Below the pieces are notes generated by a model. That model did no database searches, had not been told where the DNA came from, and saw nothing but the letters and a program-made list of their open reading frames with translations. A program made the position numbers and the translations under genes. Positions 36,579 through 48,426 of a stretch of DNA of 64,000 nucleotides are shown piece after piece (the stretch's first letter is position 1; every line of letters begins with the position of its first letter). Source of the stretch: Planctomycetota bacterium (GTDB lineage: Bacteria > Planctomycetota > UBA1135 > UBA2386); assembly GCA_965228735.1 (NCBI GenBank), contig OZ245838.1, forward strand, positions 896,001-960,000. Reading direction: 5' to 3'.

Positions 36579-37703
36579 CTACCCGCCGAACATCTGCGTC
36601 CAGTGGTGCCCGGCCTGACCGAGGCCGGTGCGCCCGTGGCCGCCCAGCATGTTCTTGTGGTGGCCCGGGCTGTACCACCAGGCGCGGATCGCGCCGCGGC
36701 CCGAGTCCTGGCCGGCCGCGATGTTCTCGGCGCCGCCGGTCGTACCGGCGAGCGCGGCCCGCATGCCCGGCGTCTTCTTCTCCGGGATCGGCGAGGTGTG
36801 GGAGAAGAACTTGAGGCGCTGCATGTCCTCGCTGTGGCCGCGGGCGGCGTCGCCGAGCTTGGGATCGATCCGCAAGGTCGGCAGGCCGAGCGCGATGCGA
36901 ATGCGGTTGAGCTCGAGCGTGCCGACGAACTCCTCGTGGACCATGCCGGCGCGCAGTTCCTCGTTGCGCTCGAGGTTCTTGCGATCGCGGGCGGCCAGCG
37001 GCAGCGCGTAGAGACAGCGGCGCTCGAGCCCGGGCTCGATGTCGTCGAGCGCGGGTGGGGGCGGCAGTTCGTCCTTGCGGCCGAGGAAGGCCTGGCCACC
37101 CTCCGTGTCGCCGATTCCGCGCCTCGTGTCGACGTAGAGATCGAACCAGCCGAGCAACTCGTCGTGCACCTCGGCCAGATCGTCGAGGTCGTCGCTGAGC
37201 TTCTCGTCGCCGTCGAGCACGTCGTCGAGGCTCGGCAGCAGGAGCGCGCGCAGGCGCTCGAGGGCCGGGTCGATCTCGGCCTTGATCATCGCCTTGGTCA
37301 GGCCTTCGCGCCGGGTAACCGAGAGCGCCGAGTCGCGCAGCGTCGCGATCTCGTCACCCTTGGCTGCCGCCAGCAGGCGGCGTTGGGCCTTCGGCACCTC
37401 GCGTTCGAAGTCACGTCGCAGATCCGCGCGTTGCTGCGCGAACGCGGCGAGTTCCTTCTGGTAGCGCTTGCGCAGCAGGCCGAGGAACTGGCCGCGCACC
37501 GACAGCTTGCGGGTGCCGATCTCGACGGCGACCTCGCGGGCCGTGTCGAGGGTCGCGCGCGGCGCCCGAACGCGCAGCAGCAGGGCGGACGACGGCACGG
37601 GCTCCGGCCCCGGGGGCGGAGTCGGCGTCTGGGCGGTGGCGCGGGTTGGGGCGCTGGCGGCGATCGCTAGGGTCGCGGCCAGCGCGAGGCGGGTGGCGGT
37701 CAC
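36579..37703 (-). CDS. CAP (SCP) domain protein
   Basis: N..R...GL, AARGHSEDM, FFSHTSP, AENIAAG, WWYSPGHHKNML. Confidence 0.88.
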   Translation of the reverse strand: MTATRLALAATLAIAASAPTRATAQTPTPPPGPEPVPSSALLLRVRAPRATLDTAREVAVEIGTRKLSVRGQFLGLLRKRYQKELAAFAQQRADLRRDFEREVPKAQRRLLAAAKGDEIATLRDSALSVTRREGLTKAMIKAEIDPALERLRALLLPSLDDVLDGDEKLSDDLDDLAEVHDELLGWFDLYVDTRRGIGDTEGGQAFLGRKDELPPPPALDDIEPGLERRCLYALPLAARDRKNLERNEELRAGMVHEEFVGTLELNRIRIALGLPTLRIDPKLGDAARGHSEDMQRLKFFSHTSPIPEKKTPGMRAALAGTTGGAENIAAGQDSGRGAIRAWWYSPGHHKNMLGGHGRTGLGQAGHHWTQMFGG

Positions 37704-37774
37704 GCGGCGAGTCTACTCTTCGAAGCCCCTGGCTTCCCCGTTCCTTGCTTCACCGTTCCCGAGACGTCTGTTTG

Positions 37775-38584
37775 CTACTTGCCCGACCCGGGTGGCTCCC
37801 AGCGCGGGTTCTTGTTCTCCCAGCGCTGCCAGTCCTCGAACTTGGTCATGCGCTGGCCCGTCAGCCGCGACAGCGTGTTGATCCACTTGTCCTCGACCGC
37901 CCGCAGCGTCCGACGCGCGTTCTGCGGGTCGAAGTCGACCGGCGCATTGGGATCGTTGTTGACGATCCGGGTGGCGCGGGCGTGCAGTGCGCCCCAGGCC
38001 CGGATCAGTTGCTCGACGATCTCACGCTTCTCCTTCACCTTCGCGTTGGTGAACTCGGCGAGGGCCTTGCCGGCGGCCGCCTGGATCTCGTCGTGCGGCG
38101 ACCGGGTCGCCTCGTCGAGGATGTAGTCGATGTGATCGGTGACCTTGGTGCGGCCGAGCGCCTCGATGAGGTGGGCCCGGAGTGGCACGTTGTCCGCGAT
38201 CCGCTTGTGCTCGATGACCCGGCTGAGCTCCTTGGCACCGTCCTCGCCGAACTTCGCGAGCGCGTCGCCGGCCTCGCGATAGAGATGGTCCTTGCCGGCT
38301 TCGCGCGGCCGCCCGGTGCGGAACACGCCGTGCAGCGCCTTCACGAGCTTCTTCTGGTCCTTCGGGTTGACCTTCTCCGGCTCCTTGGACAGGGCCTGGA
38401 TCAGACCGATGGCCTGGAAGTCCTTGGTCATCTTCCGATCGCTGACCATCGACTTCAGCTCCTTGAGCTTGTCGGGCAGGGTCGGATCGATCGGTGGCGG
38501 GGTCGGCTTCTGGGCCGCCAGCACGGCGGCGGTCAGGCTCCCGACGACGAACGTCCGCAGGAGATTGCGCAGGGAAGGGGTCAT
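37775..38584 (-). CDS. Secreted HEAT-repeat-like hypothetical protein
   Basis: Signal peptide; helical repeats (AGDALAKFG, IEALGRT, AGKALAEF); TLSRLTGQ...WQRW. Confidence 0.7.
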   Translation of the reverse strand: MTPSLRNLLRTFVVGSLTAAVLAAQKPTPPPIDPTLPDKLKELKSMVSDRKMTKDFQAIGLIQALSKEPEKVNPKDQKKLVKALHGVFRTGRPREAGKDHLYREAGDALAKFGEDGAKELSRVIEHKRIADNVPLRAHLIEALGRTKVTDHIDYILDEATRSPHDEIQAAAGKALAEFTNAKVKEKREIVEQLIRAWGALHARATRIVNNDPNAPVDFDPQNARRTLRAVEDKWINTLSRLTGQRMTKFEDWQRWENKNPRWEPPGSGK

Positions 38585-38726
38585 GACGCCACTGTATCGT
38601 CCACCGAACGCCCACGACCAGATCCCCCGTGGATTCGGGCTCCCCGTTCCGCTAGCAAGGTGGCCCCGCTAGGCTGTCTCGCCCGTTTTTTCCAGGTTCG
38701 TTACTCGTCCGGATTCGCCCGCTCTC

Positions 38727-39703
<977 letters not shown>

Positions 39704-39707
<4 letters not shown>

Positions 39708-40711
39708 GCCGCGTGCTCGTAACGGGCGGCGCGGGCTTCATCGGCTCGCACGTGATCGAGGCCCTGTGCCGGGACGGACGCGCGGTGACCACGATCGACG
39801 ACCTGAGCACCGGCGAGCGCGGCACGCTCGAGGCCCTGGCTGCGGCGGGCGCGAACTTCGACTTCGTCGAGGGCTCGATCGCGGATTCGGACGCCGTCGC
39901 TCGCGCGATGGCCGGCGTCGACAAGGTCGTGCACCTCGCGGCGATCCCGTCGGTCGCGCGCTCGGTCGAACGCCCGTTGGCCACGCACCATGCGTGTGCG
40001 ACCGGCACGGTCACGTTGCTGCACGCGGCCGCCGAACGACGGGCTCGCGTGGTCTACGCCGGGAGCAGTTCGGCGTACGGCAATCAGCAGGCGAAGTTCA
40101 AGCAGGAGGACCTGCGTGAGGATCCGCTGTCCCCGTACTCGGCGGCCAAGCTCGCGGGCGAGCTGTATTGCCGGTCCTTCGCGCGGGTCTACGACCTGGC
40201 CGTCGTGGTGACGCGGTTCTTCAACGTGTTCGGTCCCCGTCAGCCCGCGAACAGTCCGTACTCGGGCGTCGTCGCGGCGTTCTGCCGCGCGCTCGTCTCG
40301 GGCCAGCGGCCGCGGATCGACGGCGACGGTCTGCAGTCCCGCGACTTCACCTACGTCGAGGACGTGGTGGCTGGCGTGCTGCGGTGCCTCGACGCCGATT
40401 CCACCGGCTGTGTCACCGTGAACCTCGCCTACGGCCAGGCCGCCACCGTGCGTGATCTGTGGGACGAACTCGGCAAACACGCGCAGGCGAGCCTCGGCAT
40501 CACGGAGTTGCCGGAGCCGCAGATGGCGCCCCCGCGGCGCGGCGACGTGCGCGACTCGCTCGCGGACACGACGCGGGCGCGCGAGGTCTTCGGCATCGAG
40601 CCCGAGGTCGGGTTCTCGGAGGGGCTGCGGCGCACGTTCGCGTGGTATCTCGACGCCTGGCGACTCGAGCAACGAGTGGCCGGTGAGTCGACCAAAGGCG
40701 GGCCGGCGTGA
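39704..40711 (+). CDS. NAD-dependent epimerase/dehydratase (UDP-hexose/HexNAc 4-epimerase-like)
   Basis: TGGAGFIGSH, PSVARS, YSAAK, FFNVFGPRQ...SPYSGV, GDGLQSRDF. Confidence 0.9.
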
Positions 40712-40757
40712 ACGCCGGCTCGGACGATCGAATGAACTCTCTCTCGGAGATCGGGAA

Positions 40758-41525
40758 ATGAAAGGTGTCGTTCTGGCCGGCGGCCTCGGCAGCCGCCTCT
40801 ATCCGCTGACGAAGATCACCAACAAGCATCTGCTGCCGGTGTTCGACAAGCCGATGATCTACTACCCGATCCAGTGTCTGGTGAACGCCGGGATCACGGA
40901 CATCCTCGTCGTGACGGGCGGCAACTCGGCGGGGGACTTCCTGCAGCTGCTGCGCAACGGCGCGGACTTCGGTCTCGCGCGGCTGAGCTACGCCTACCAG
41001 GAGGGGGAAGGTGGCATCGCCGACGCGCTCAAGCTCGCGGAGGCGTTCGCCGACGATCAGCCGATCTGCGTCGTGCTCGGTGACAACATCATCGAGGGCA
41101 ACATCAAGCGGGCGGTCGACGACTTCCACGCGCAGAATGGCGGCGCGAAGATCATGCTCAAGGAGGTGCACGACCCCGAGCGCTTCGGCGTCGCCAAGGT
41201 CGACGGCGGCAAGGTGCTCGAGATCGTCGAGAAGCCAAAGGACCCGGAGAGCAACCTCGCGGTGATCGGCATCTACCTCTACGACGCCCAGGTGTTCGAG
41301 ATCTGCAAGACGCTCAAGCCGTCGGCGCGCGGTGAGCTCGAGATCACCGACGTGAACAACGAGTACATCCGGCGCGGCAACCTGACCTGCGACGTGCTGC
41401 AGGGTTGGTGGACCGACGCGGGCACGTTCGAGTCGCTGCACCGCGCGGCGACCCTCGTGCGCGACGGCGGCGCGAACCGCATGGACCTCGACGAACGCGT
41501 GACGCCGGGCGACGACGACGCATGA
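40758..41525 (+). CDS. rmlA: Glucose-1-phosphate thymidylyltransferase (short form)
   Basis: LAGGLGSRLYPLT...KHLLPV.DKPMIYYP, EKP, SARGELEITD. Confidence 0.9.
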   Translation: MKGVVLAGGLGSRLYPLTKITNKHLLPVFDKPMIYYPIQCLVNAGITDILVVTGGNSAGDFLQLLRNGADFGLARLSYAYQEGEGGIADALKLAEAFADDQPICVVLGDNIIEGNIKRAVDDFHAQNGGAKIMLKEVHDPERFGVAKVDGGKVLEIVEKPKDPESNLAVIGIYLYDAQVFEICKTLKPSARGELEITDVNNEYIRRGNLTCDVLQGWWTDAGTFESLHRAATLVRDGGANRMDLDERVTPGDDDA

Positions 41526-42460
41526 GTCAGCTCGATTTCCTGGTGACCGGCGCCCGTGGTCAGCTCGGACGCGCCGTCACGGCAGCGATCGCCGCCCGCG
41601 GCAAGCGCGCGTTCGGCGTCGACGTGGACGAGATGCCGCTCGAGAACCGGGCAGCCATCGCGTCGATGGTCATGACGCACCGCCCGCGGTGCGTGATCCA
41701 CTGCGGCGCGATCACCAACGTCGACGGCTGCGAGAGCGATCCCCTGACCGCGCATCGGGTCAACGGGCTCGCGACGGCCTGGGTGGTGGAGGCGGCGGCC
41801 GCGGTCGATGCCCGGCTCGCGTACGTCAGCACCGACTTCGTCTTCGACGGCGATGCCGACGGCGTCCCGTACCCCGTGGATGCGCCGGTCGCACCCCTGT
41901 CGATCTACGGCAGCAGCAAGCGACTCGGCGAGGAAGCCGTGCTGGCGCACGATCGGCCAGCTTTCTTCGTCGTGCGAACGGCCTGGGTCTTCGGGCCCGG
42001 CGGGCGCAACTTCCCGCGCGCGATCCTCGAGCGAGCGCGTTCGGGGCAACCGCTCAAGGTCGTCACGGACCAGGTCGGCAGTCCGACGCTGACGCTCGAC
42101 CTCGCCGAGGCGCTGCTCGATCTCGTCGAGTCCGACGCGGCGGGCGGGGTGTATCACGCGACGAACGGTGGGCATTGCTCGTGGCATCAGTTCGCGGTCG
42201 ACGTGCTGGCGGCCGCGGGGTTGTCCGACATCGAGGTCGGGACGCAGCTCGCGGCGGACCTCGGCCAGGCTGCGACGCGGCCGCAATGGTCGGTTCTCGA
42301 CAACAGCGCGATCGAGGCGGTGCGCGGCAAGGCGATGCCGAGCTATCAGGACGCGATCACGCGCTACCTGGCGGCGGAGAGCGCGAGTCTGGCGGCGGAC
42401 GGCGCCGAGGGCGGCGAAGCAAGCGATGCCGGGCCCCTGCGTGGGAAGGAGTACAAGTGA
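41522..42460 (+). CDS. rmlD: dTDP-4-dehydrorhamnose reductase
   Basis: TGARGQLG, STDFVFDG, YGSSK..GE, DQVGSPT. Confidence 0.93.
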   Translation: MSQLDFLVTGARGQLGRAVTAAIAARGKRAFGVDVDEMPLENRAAIASMVMTHRPRCVIHCGAITNVDGCESDPLTAHRVNGLATAWVVEAAAAVDARLAYVSTDFVFDGDADGVPYPVDAPVAPLSIYGSSKRLGEEAVLAHDRPAFFVVRTAWVFGPGGRNFPRAILERARSGQPLKVVTDQVGSPTLTLDLAEALLDLVESDAAGGVYHATNGGHCSWHQFAVDVLAAAGLSDIEVGTQLAADLGQAATRPQWSVLDNSAIEAVRGKAMPSYQDAITRYLAAESASLAADGAEGGEASDAGPLRGKEYK

Positions 42461-43467
42461 GCAAGATCCTCGTGACTGGCGGCGCCGGCTTCATCGGTTC
42501 GAACTTCGTGCGGCTGCTGCTGGAAGGCAGTGAGCACGAGATCGTCAACGTCGACAAGCTGACCTACGCGGGCAACCTCGAGAACCTCAGCGACGTCGAA
42601 GAGCACGCGCGCTACGGGTTCGTCCGCGCGGACATCGTGGACGTCGAGGCGATGACCGCGGTGTTCGCCGAGCATCGGCCCGAGGTGGTCGTGCACTTCG
42701 CGGCGGAGAGCCACGTCGACCGGTCGGTGCTCGACGCGACCGAGTTCGTGCGGACGAACGTGGTCGGCACCCAGGTGCTGCTCGATCAGAGCCGTCACCA
42801 TGGCGTGCAGCGCTTCGTGCACGTGAGCACGGACGAGGTCTACGGGTCACTCGGACCGACCGGCCTCTTCACCGAGGAGACGCCGCTGCAGTCCAACTCG
42901 CCGTACTCGTCGAGCAAGGCGGGGAGCGACCTGCTCGTGCGCGCCGCCGTTCACACTCACGGCATGGATTGCGTGATCACGCGCTGCTCCAACAACTACG
43001 GCCCGTTCCAGTTCCCCGAGAAGCTGATCCCGCTGATGATCGCGAACGCACTCGAGGACAAGAAGCTGCCGGTCTACGGCGACGGCAAGAACGTGCGCGA
43101 CTGGATCCACGTCATCGACCACGCGCGCGGCATCCAGGCATCGATGGAGCGCGGCAAGGCCGGTGAGGTCTACAACTTCGGCGGCGACGCGGAGCGGGAG
43201 AACATCGACGTCGTGAAGCAGATCCTCGGCCTCGTGGGCAAGGACGAGAGCCTGATCGAGTACGTCACCGACCGCCCGGGCCACGACCGGCGCTACGCGA
43301 TGGATTCGCGCAAGGCGCACAAGGAGCTCGGCTGGCAGCCGGAGTTCACGTTCGAGGACGGTCTGAAAGCGACCGTGGACTGGTATCTCGCGAACAAGTC
43401 CTGGTGGGAACGCGTCCGCAGCGGCGCCTACCAGGCCTACTACGAGACGCAGTACGGCGGGCGTTAG
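42457..43467 (+). CDS. rmlB: dTDP-glucose 4,6-dehydratase
   Basis: TGGAGFIGSNF, DKLTYAGN, AAESHVDRS, STDEVYG, NNYGP.QFPEKLIP, DRPGHDRRY. Confidence 0.97.
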   Translation: MSKILVTGGAGFIGSNFVRLLLEGSEHEIVNVDKLTYAGNLENLSDVEEHARYGFVRADIVDVEAMTAVFAEHRPEVVVHFAAESHVDRSVLDATEFVRTNVVGTQVLLDQSRHHGVQRFVHVSTDEVYGSLGPTGLFTEETPLQSNSPYSSSKAGSDLLVRAAVHTHGMDCVITRCSNNYGPFQFPEKLIPLMIANALEDKKLPVYGDGKNVRDWIHVIDHARGIQASMERGKAGEVYNFGGDAERENIDVVKQILGLVGKDESLIEYVTDRPGHDRRYAMDSRKAHKELGWQPEFTFEDGLKATVDWYLANKSWWERVRSGAYQAYYETQYGGR

Positions 43468-43470
43468 TTC

Positions 43471-43532
43471 CCGGCACCATGAACCCGGTACCGTACGGAA
43501 TCGGCCGTACGGTACCGGGTTCATGGTGCCGG
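43471..43532. repeat. Perfect 28-bp inverted repeat with 6-nt loop between convergent genes (REP-like or bidirectional terminator)
   Basis: ccggcaccatgaacccggtaccgtacgg-aatcgg-ccgtacggtaccgggttcatggtgccgg. Confidence 0.9.
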
Positions 43533-43534
43533 TC

Positions 43535-44172
43535 TCACGTCAGTATGACGTGCAGTTCGCGGGGGCCGTGGACGCCGAGCACGAGTTGGAGTTCGATGTC
43601 CGCCGTGCGGGACGGGCCCGTGACGATCGTGACCGCGTGCGCGAGCGGGCGGTCGAGCGTCTTCAGGAGTTCGCCGAGGTTGCACAGGATCCTCGCCGTA
43701 GGGAGCAGCGCGATGTGGATCGGCGGCACGAGCGAGGCCAGGCGATGGCGTTCGGCGTTGCCGTCGAGCACGAGGCTGCCCGTGTCGGCGATCGCCCACT
43801 GCGCGCTCGTGATGCCGGTCCCCGCGGTGAAGAGCTCGTCGCCGCCGCCGGTCTCGGCGAGCCAGCGGACGCCGCGCAGCTCGGGAGCAGCGCGCAGCTC
43901 GCGCACGGCCGGCGAATCGCTCACGGCGACGAAGGCGTCGGCTGCGCCGTGCTGGTCGAGCAGCGCCGCGACCGTGGGACCGGCCGGATCGGAATGCAGG
44001 TGGCCGCCGACGGCGCGCAGCCGTTCGCCGAAACGCTCGACCCGCTCCTGGATCGACAGGTCGACCCGACCGAGCAGCGGCACGGGCGGCGGCGCGGGCG
44101 GGCGTGGTGGCGTTGCGGTTTCGCGGCGGCCGAGGTGGCCGCGGACGGACTCGAGGATGGCGTCGCGCGCGT

Positions 44173-44176
<4 letters not shown>
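43535..44176 (-). CDS. lutC: Lactate utilization protein C (LUD domain)
   Basis: AIADTGSLV, RLASLVPPIH, TGPSRTADIE..LVLGVHGP. Confidence 0.9.
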
Positions 44177-45599
<1,423 letters not shown>

Positions 45600-45600
<1 letters not shown>

Positions 45601-46325
45601 CAGAACGCGCCCTCGGTGAGCACCTCGGCGAGATGCATCGTCCGCACGGCAATGCCGCGCCGCTCGAGGCGGCCGCGCAGGTGCAGCAGACAACTCGCGT
45701 CGCCGCTCGCGAGGACCTCGACCCCGTCCTCGGGCAGGCGATCGAGCTTGTGGTCCGCGATCGCAACGGACAGGTCTGGCAGCTTGATCGCGAACGTGCC
45801 GCCGAACCCGCAGCACGCCTTGGCAGCGGCGAACTCGACGACCTCGACGCCCGGGACCGTCGCGAGCAGTCGCCGCGGGCCGTCCTCGATGCCGAGCTCG
45901 CGCAATGCATGGCACGCGTCGTGCCACGCGACGCGGCCCTGGAACGAGCCGGGGGCGCGATCGAGGCCGCGCTGCAGCAGGAACTCGCCGAGCTCGACCG
46001 CGGACCTGGCGAGGTGCTCCGCGCGTTCGCGCCACGCGGCGTCATCGTCGAAGAGCCCGGGGTAGTGCTTGACCTGCGCGGTGCACGACCCCGACGGCGA
46101 GATCCAGAACGCCGCGCGCGAGCGTTCGAACGACTCGATCACGCGCTTCACGACCGGGATCGCGGTGCGCGGGTAGCCGCTGTTCACGAACGGCTGGCCG
46201 CAGCAACTCTGGTCGAGGTCGACGTCGACCTCACAACCAACGTGCTCGAGCAGACGCGCAGCCGCGAGGCCGATCTCGGGCCAGCACTGGTCGACGATGC
46301 AGGTCGCGTAGAGCTGGACCTTCAC
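45600..46325 (-). CDS. lutA: Lactate utilization protein A (CCG domains)
   Basis: LYATC, QSCCGQP, SGSC, HDACH, CCGFGGTF, DASCLLH. Confidence 0.93.
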
Positions 46326-47389
46326 CGCCGCGTCCCGGGCTGCCGCGGCTGGCCGCCGTCCACCGCTTCCGCCTGGCCCGAAGTCATGGCGCGGGCGATG
46401 GCGTCGAACACGCGCATGTCGGCCGTCGCCTGCTCGCCCGGGCACGGGAAGTCGTCGCGGTCGTCGATCCAGCGCGCGAAGCGGCCGTGCAGCTCGGCGG
46501 CCGCGGCCTGCTGCTCGACCGCGGCGGCGACGTCGCGCCGCAGCAACGCGAGCTCGGTCCCCGGATCGGGGTAGTCGAACACCGGGCCCCGGTACTCCTT
46601 CTTGCCCTGCAGCACGATGCGATCCCCGGCGATCCGGACGAACCCGTCGGTGCCGTGGATCGCGAACTGGTTGGCCGCGAGCAGGTGGGTCGCCGCGAAC
46701 GAACACAGCACGCCGCCGCGCAGCTGCACCGTGGCGACCGCGCTGTCGGCGGGCAGGGGCAGGAAGCCGGTCGTCGTCTGGGTCGTCACGGAGACCGGCC
46801 GGTTGCCGATCAGCCAGCTCGCGAGGTGCACGTGCGGCGCGGCCAGCTGCAGGAGCGGATGGTGCGCGATCAGGGCGTCGAGGCGCGGATCGCCGGCGGT
46901 GGGCGGCTGCCGCAGCAGCCCGTTCTCGCCCGCGAGGCTCTGGGCGTAGACGACGCCGCCGAGCCAGTCACCCGCGAGCATCTGGCGCAGCTGGTCGAAC
47001 ACCGGATCGCCCTGGGCGCGGACGAGGACGCCGAGTCTGAGGTTCGCGGCGGTCGTCGCCGCCAGCATCGCCGCAGCGTCGGCGCCCGTCAGCGCCATCG
47101 GCGCGTGCAGCAGACAGTGCACGCCCTGCGCGGCAGCGGCTTCGACCCGCGCCACGCGGTCACGGCGCGCCCCGGCGAGGATCACGACGTCGATGCCGGT
47201 CTGCAGCAGCGCGTCGAAGTCGTCGCAGCGGATCCCGACGCCGGTCTCGGCGACGAAGTGATCGAGCGTCGCGGGGTCGGCGTCGGCGACGGCGACGAGC
47301 CCGATGTCCTCCTGCAGCCGCATGCGCGCGGCGGACCACAGCGCGTCCGGCCCCGTGCCATACACTCCGGCGCGCAGTCGATCGTTCAC
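46322..47389 (-). CDS. Gfo/Idh/MocA-like oxidoreductase (divergent)
   Basis: RAGVYGTG, LVAVAD, DFDALL...DVVI, GVHCLLHAPMA (EKP motif altered), IHGTDG. Confidence 0.7.
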   Translation of the reverse strand: MNDRLRAGVYGTGPDALWSAARMRLQEDIGLVAVADADPATLDHFVAETGVGIRCDDFDALLQTGIDVVILAGARRDRVARVEAAAAQGVHCLLHAPMALTGADAAAMLAATTAANLRLGVLVRAQGDPVFDQLRQMLAGDWLGGVVYAQSLAGENGLLRQPPTAGDPRLDALIAHHPLLQLAAPHVHLASWLIGNRPVSVTTQTTTGFLPLPADSAVATVQLRGGVLCSFAATHLLAANQFAIHGTDGFVRIAGDRIVLQGKKEYRGPVFDYPDPGTELALLRRDVAAAVEQQAAAAELHGRFARWIDDRDDFPCPGEQATADMRVFDAIARAMTSGQAEAVDGGQPRQPGTRR

Positions 47390-48129
47390 GCCCCGAGAGT
47401 ACTGCGCCGGCGCAGGACGTCCAGTTGGCCGGTGAGCACGGCGAGGGCGGTCTCGGTCCGGAGCGGCGCGCTGCCGCACGACAGCGGCGTGAACCCGCGG
47501 CGCGCGAGCTGGTCGATCTCGTAGGGCAGCAGGCCGCCGTCGGGACCGAGCGCGAGCGCGAACGGCCGGTTCGCGGGGAGGTCGAGTTCCGCGGTCGTCG
47601 TAGTCGCGGTCGGATGCCCGACGAACCGATCGGCCGGCAGGCCGAGGCCGTCGAGCTCGTCCTCGACGAACGGCTTGAACAACGGAAAGAATCGGACGCT
47701 CGGCAGCCGCGTGCGGCCCGCCTGTTCGAGCCCCAGGACGAGTTGTTCCCGCCAGGCGGTCGGGTGCATCGCGGTGCTCGACAGCCAGCTCTTGTCGACG
47801 CGCCAGGTGCGGAGGAGCACGATGTCGGCGAAGCCGAGGGCCGCGGCGTGCGCGAGCATGCGCGCGAGGACCCGGGGGCGCGGCACCGCGAGGAGCAGAG
47901 CGTCGGTGGCCGGCGGGGCGGGCTGATCGCACGAGGCCCGCACGACCAGCTCATCCGGCGTCGCGCGTTCTACCTCGGCGGTTCCCACGCCGCCGTCGAG
48001 CACGCCGGCACGCAGCCGCTGTCCCGCCGTCGCGCCGAGCACGGTGTGGGCGTGCTCGGCCCGGCGGCCGCGGATCGTGGCGCGCCCGTCGGCATCCAGT
48101 TCGTCCGGTGTCAGGAGCAGGAGATTCAT
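47386..48129 (-). CDS. rsmE: 16S rRNA m3U1498 methyltransferase RsmE family
   Basis: LLLAVPRP, GLEQAGRT.LP, LGPDGG, LRTETA. Confidence 0.88.
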   Translation of the reverse strand: MNLLLLTPDELDADGRATIRGRRAEHAHTVLGATAGQRLRAGVLDGGVGTAEVERATPDELVVRASCDQPAPPATDALLLAVPRPRVLARMLAHAAALGFADIVLLRTWRVDKSWLSSTAMHPTAWREQLVLGLEQAGRTRLPSVRFFPLFKPFVEDELDGLGLPADRFVGHPTATTTTAELDLPANRPFALALGPDGGLLPYEIDQLARRGFTPLSCGSAPLRTETALAVLTGQLDVLRRRSTLGA

Positions 48130-48163
48130 GCGCTGGCGCGGTCGGCAACCGCCACGTCGGACC

Positions 48164-48378
48164 TTAACCCGCTTCGCTCACCAGGATCGCGGGCCAGTGC
48201 GTCGAAATCGGTCGTGAGCAAGGAAGACGAGGAAAGTCCGCGGAAGCGGGTCGGTGGACCCGCTGAGCAGACTGACCGAGCCCGCCTCGCGGGCGGCCGG
48301 CGAACGCCGGCCGTCTGACGCAGCTCACGGGCGATTGCGGCGTGGTGGCGCGTGATCCTGGTGAGCGAAGCGGGTTAA
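48164..48378. mobile_element. Putative MITE or structured element: 215 bp, TTAA at both ends, perfect 25-bp terminal inverted repeat
   Basis: ttaacccgcttcgctcaccaggatc (48164-48188) / gatcctggtgagcgaagcgggttaa (48354-48378); imperfect pairing continues to about 56 bp. Confidence 0.6.
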
Positions 48379-48426
48379 CGGCAAGGGCGGATGCCCGGGC
48401 GCCCGGTTCGGCGTAGCGTTCACGAT

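Noticed and set aside
48215..48245. GAGCAAG and GAGGAAAGTCC resemble RNase P RNA conserved regions
   Set aside because: Motifs are in the wrong order, there is no ACAGAA..CGGCTTA end, and the region is too short.
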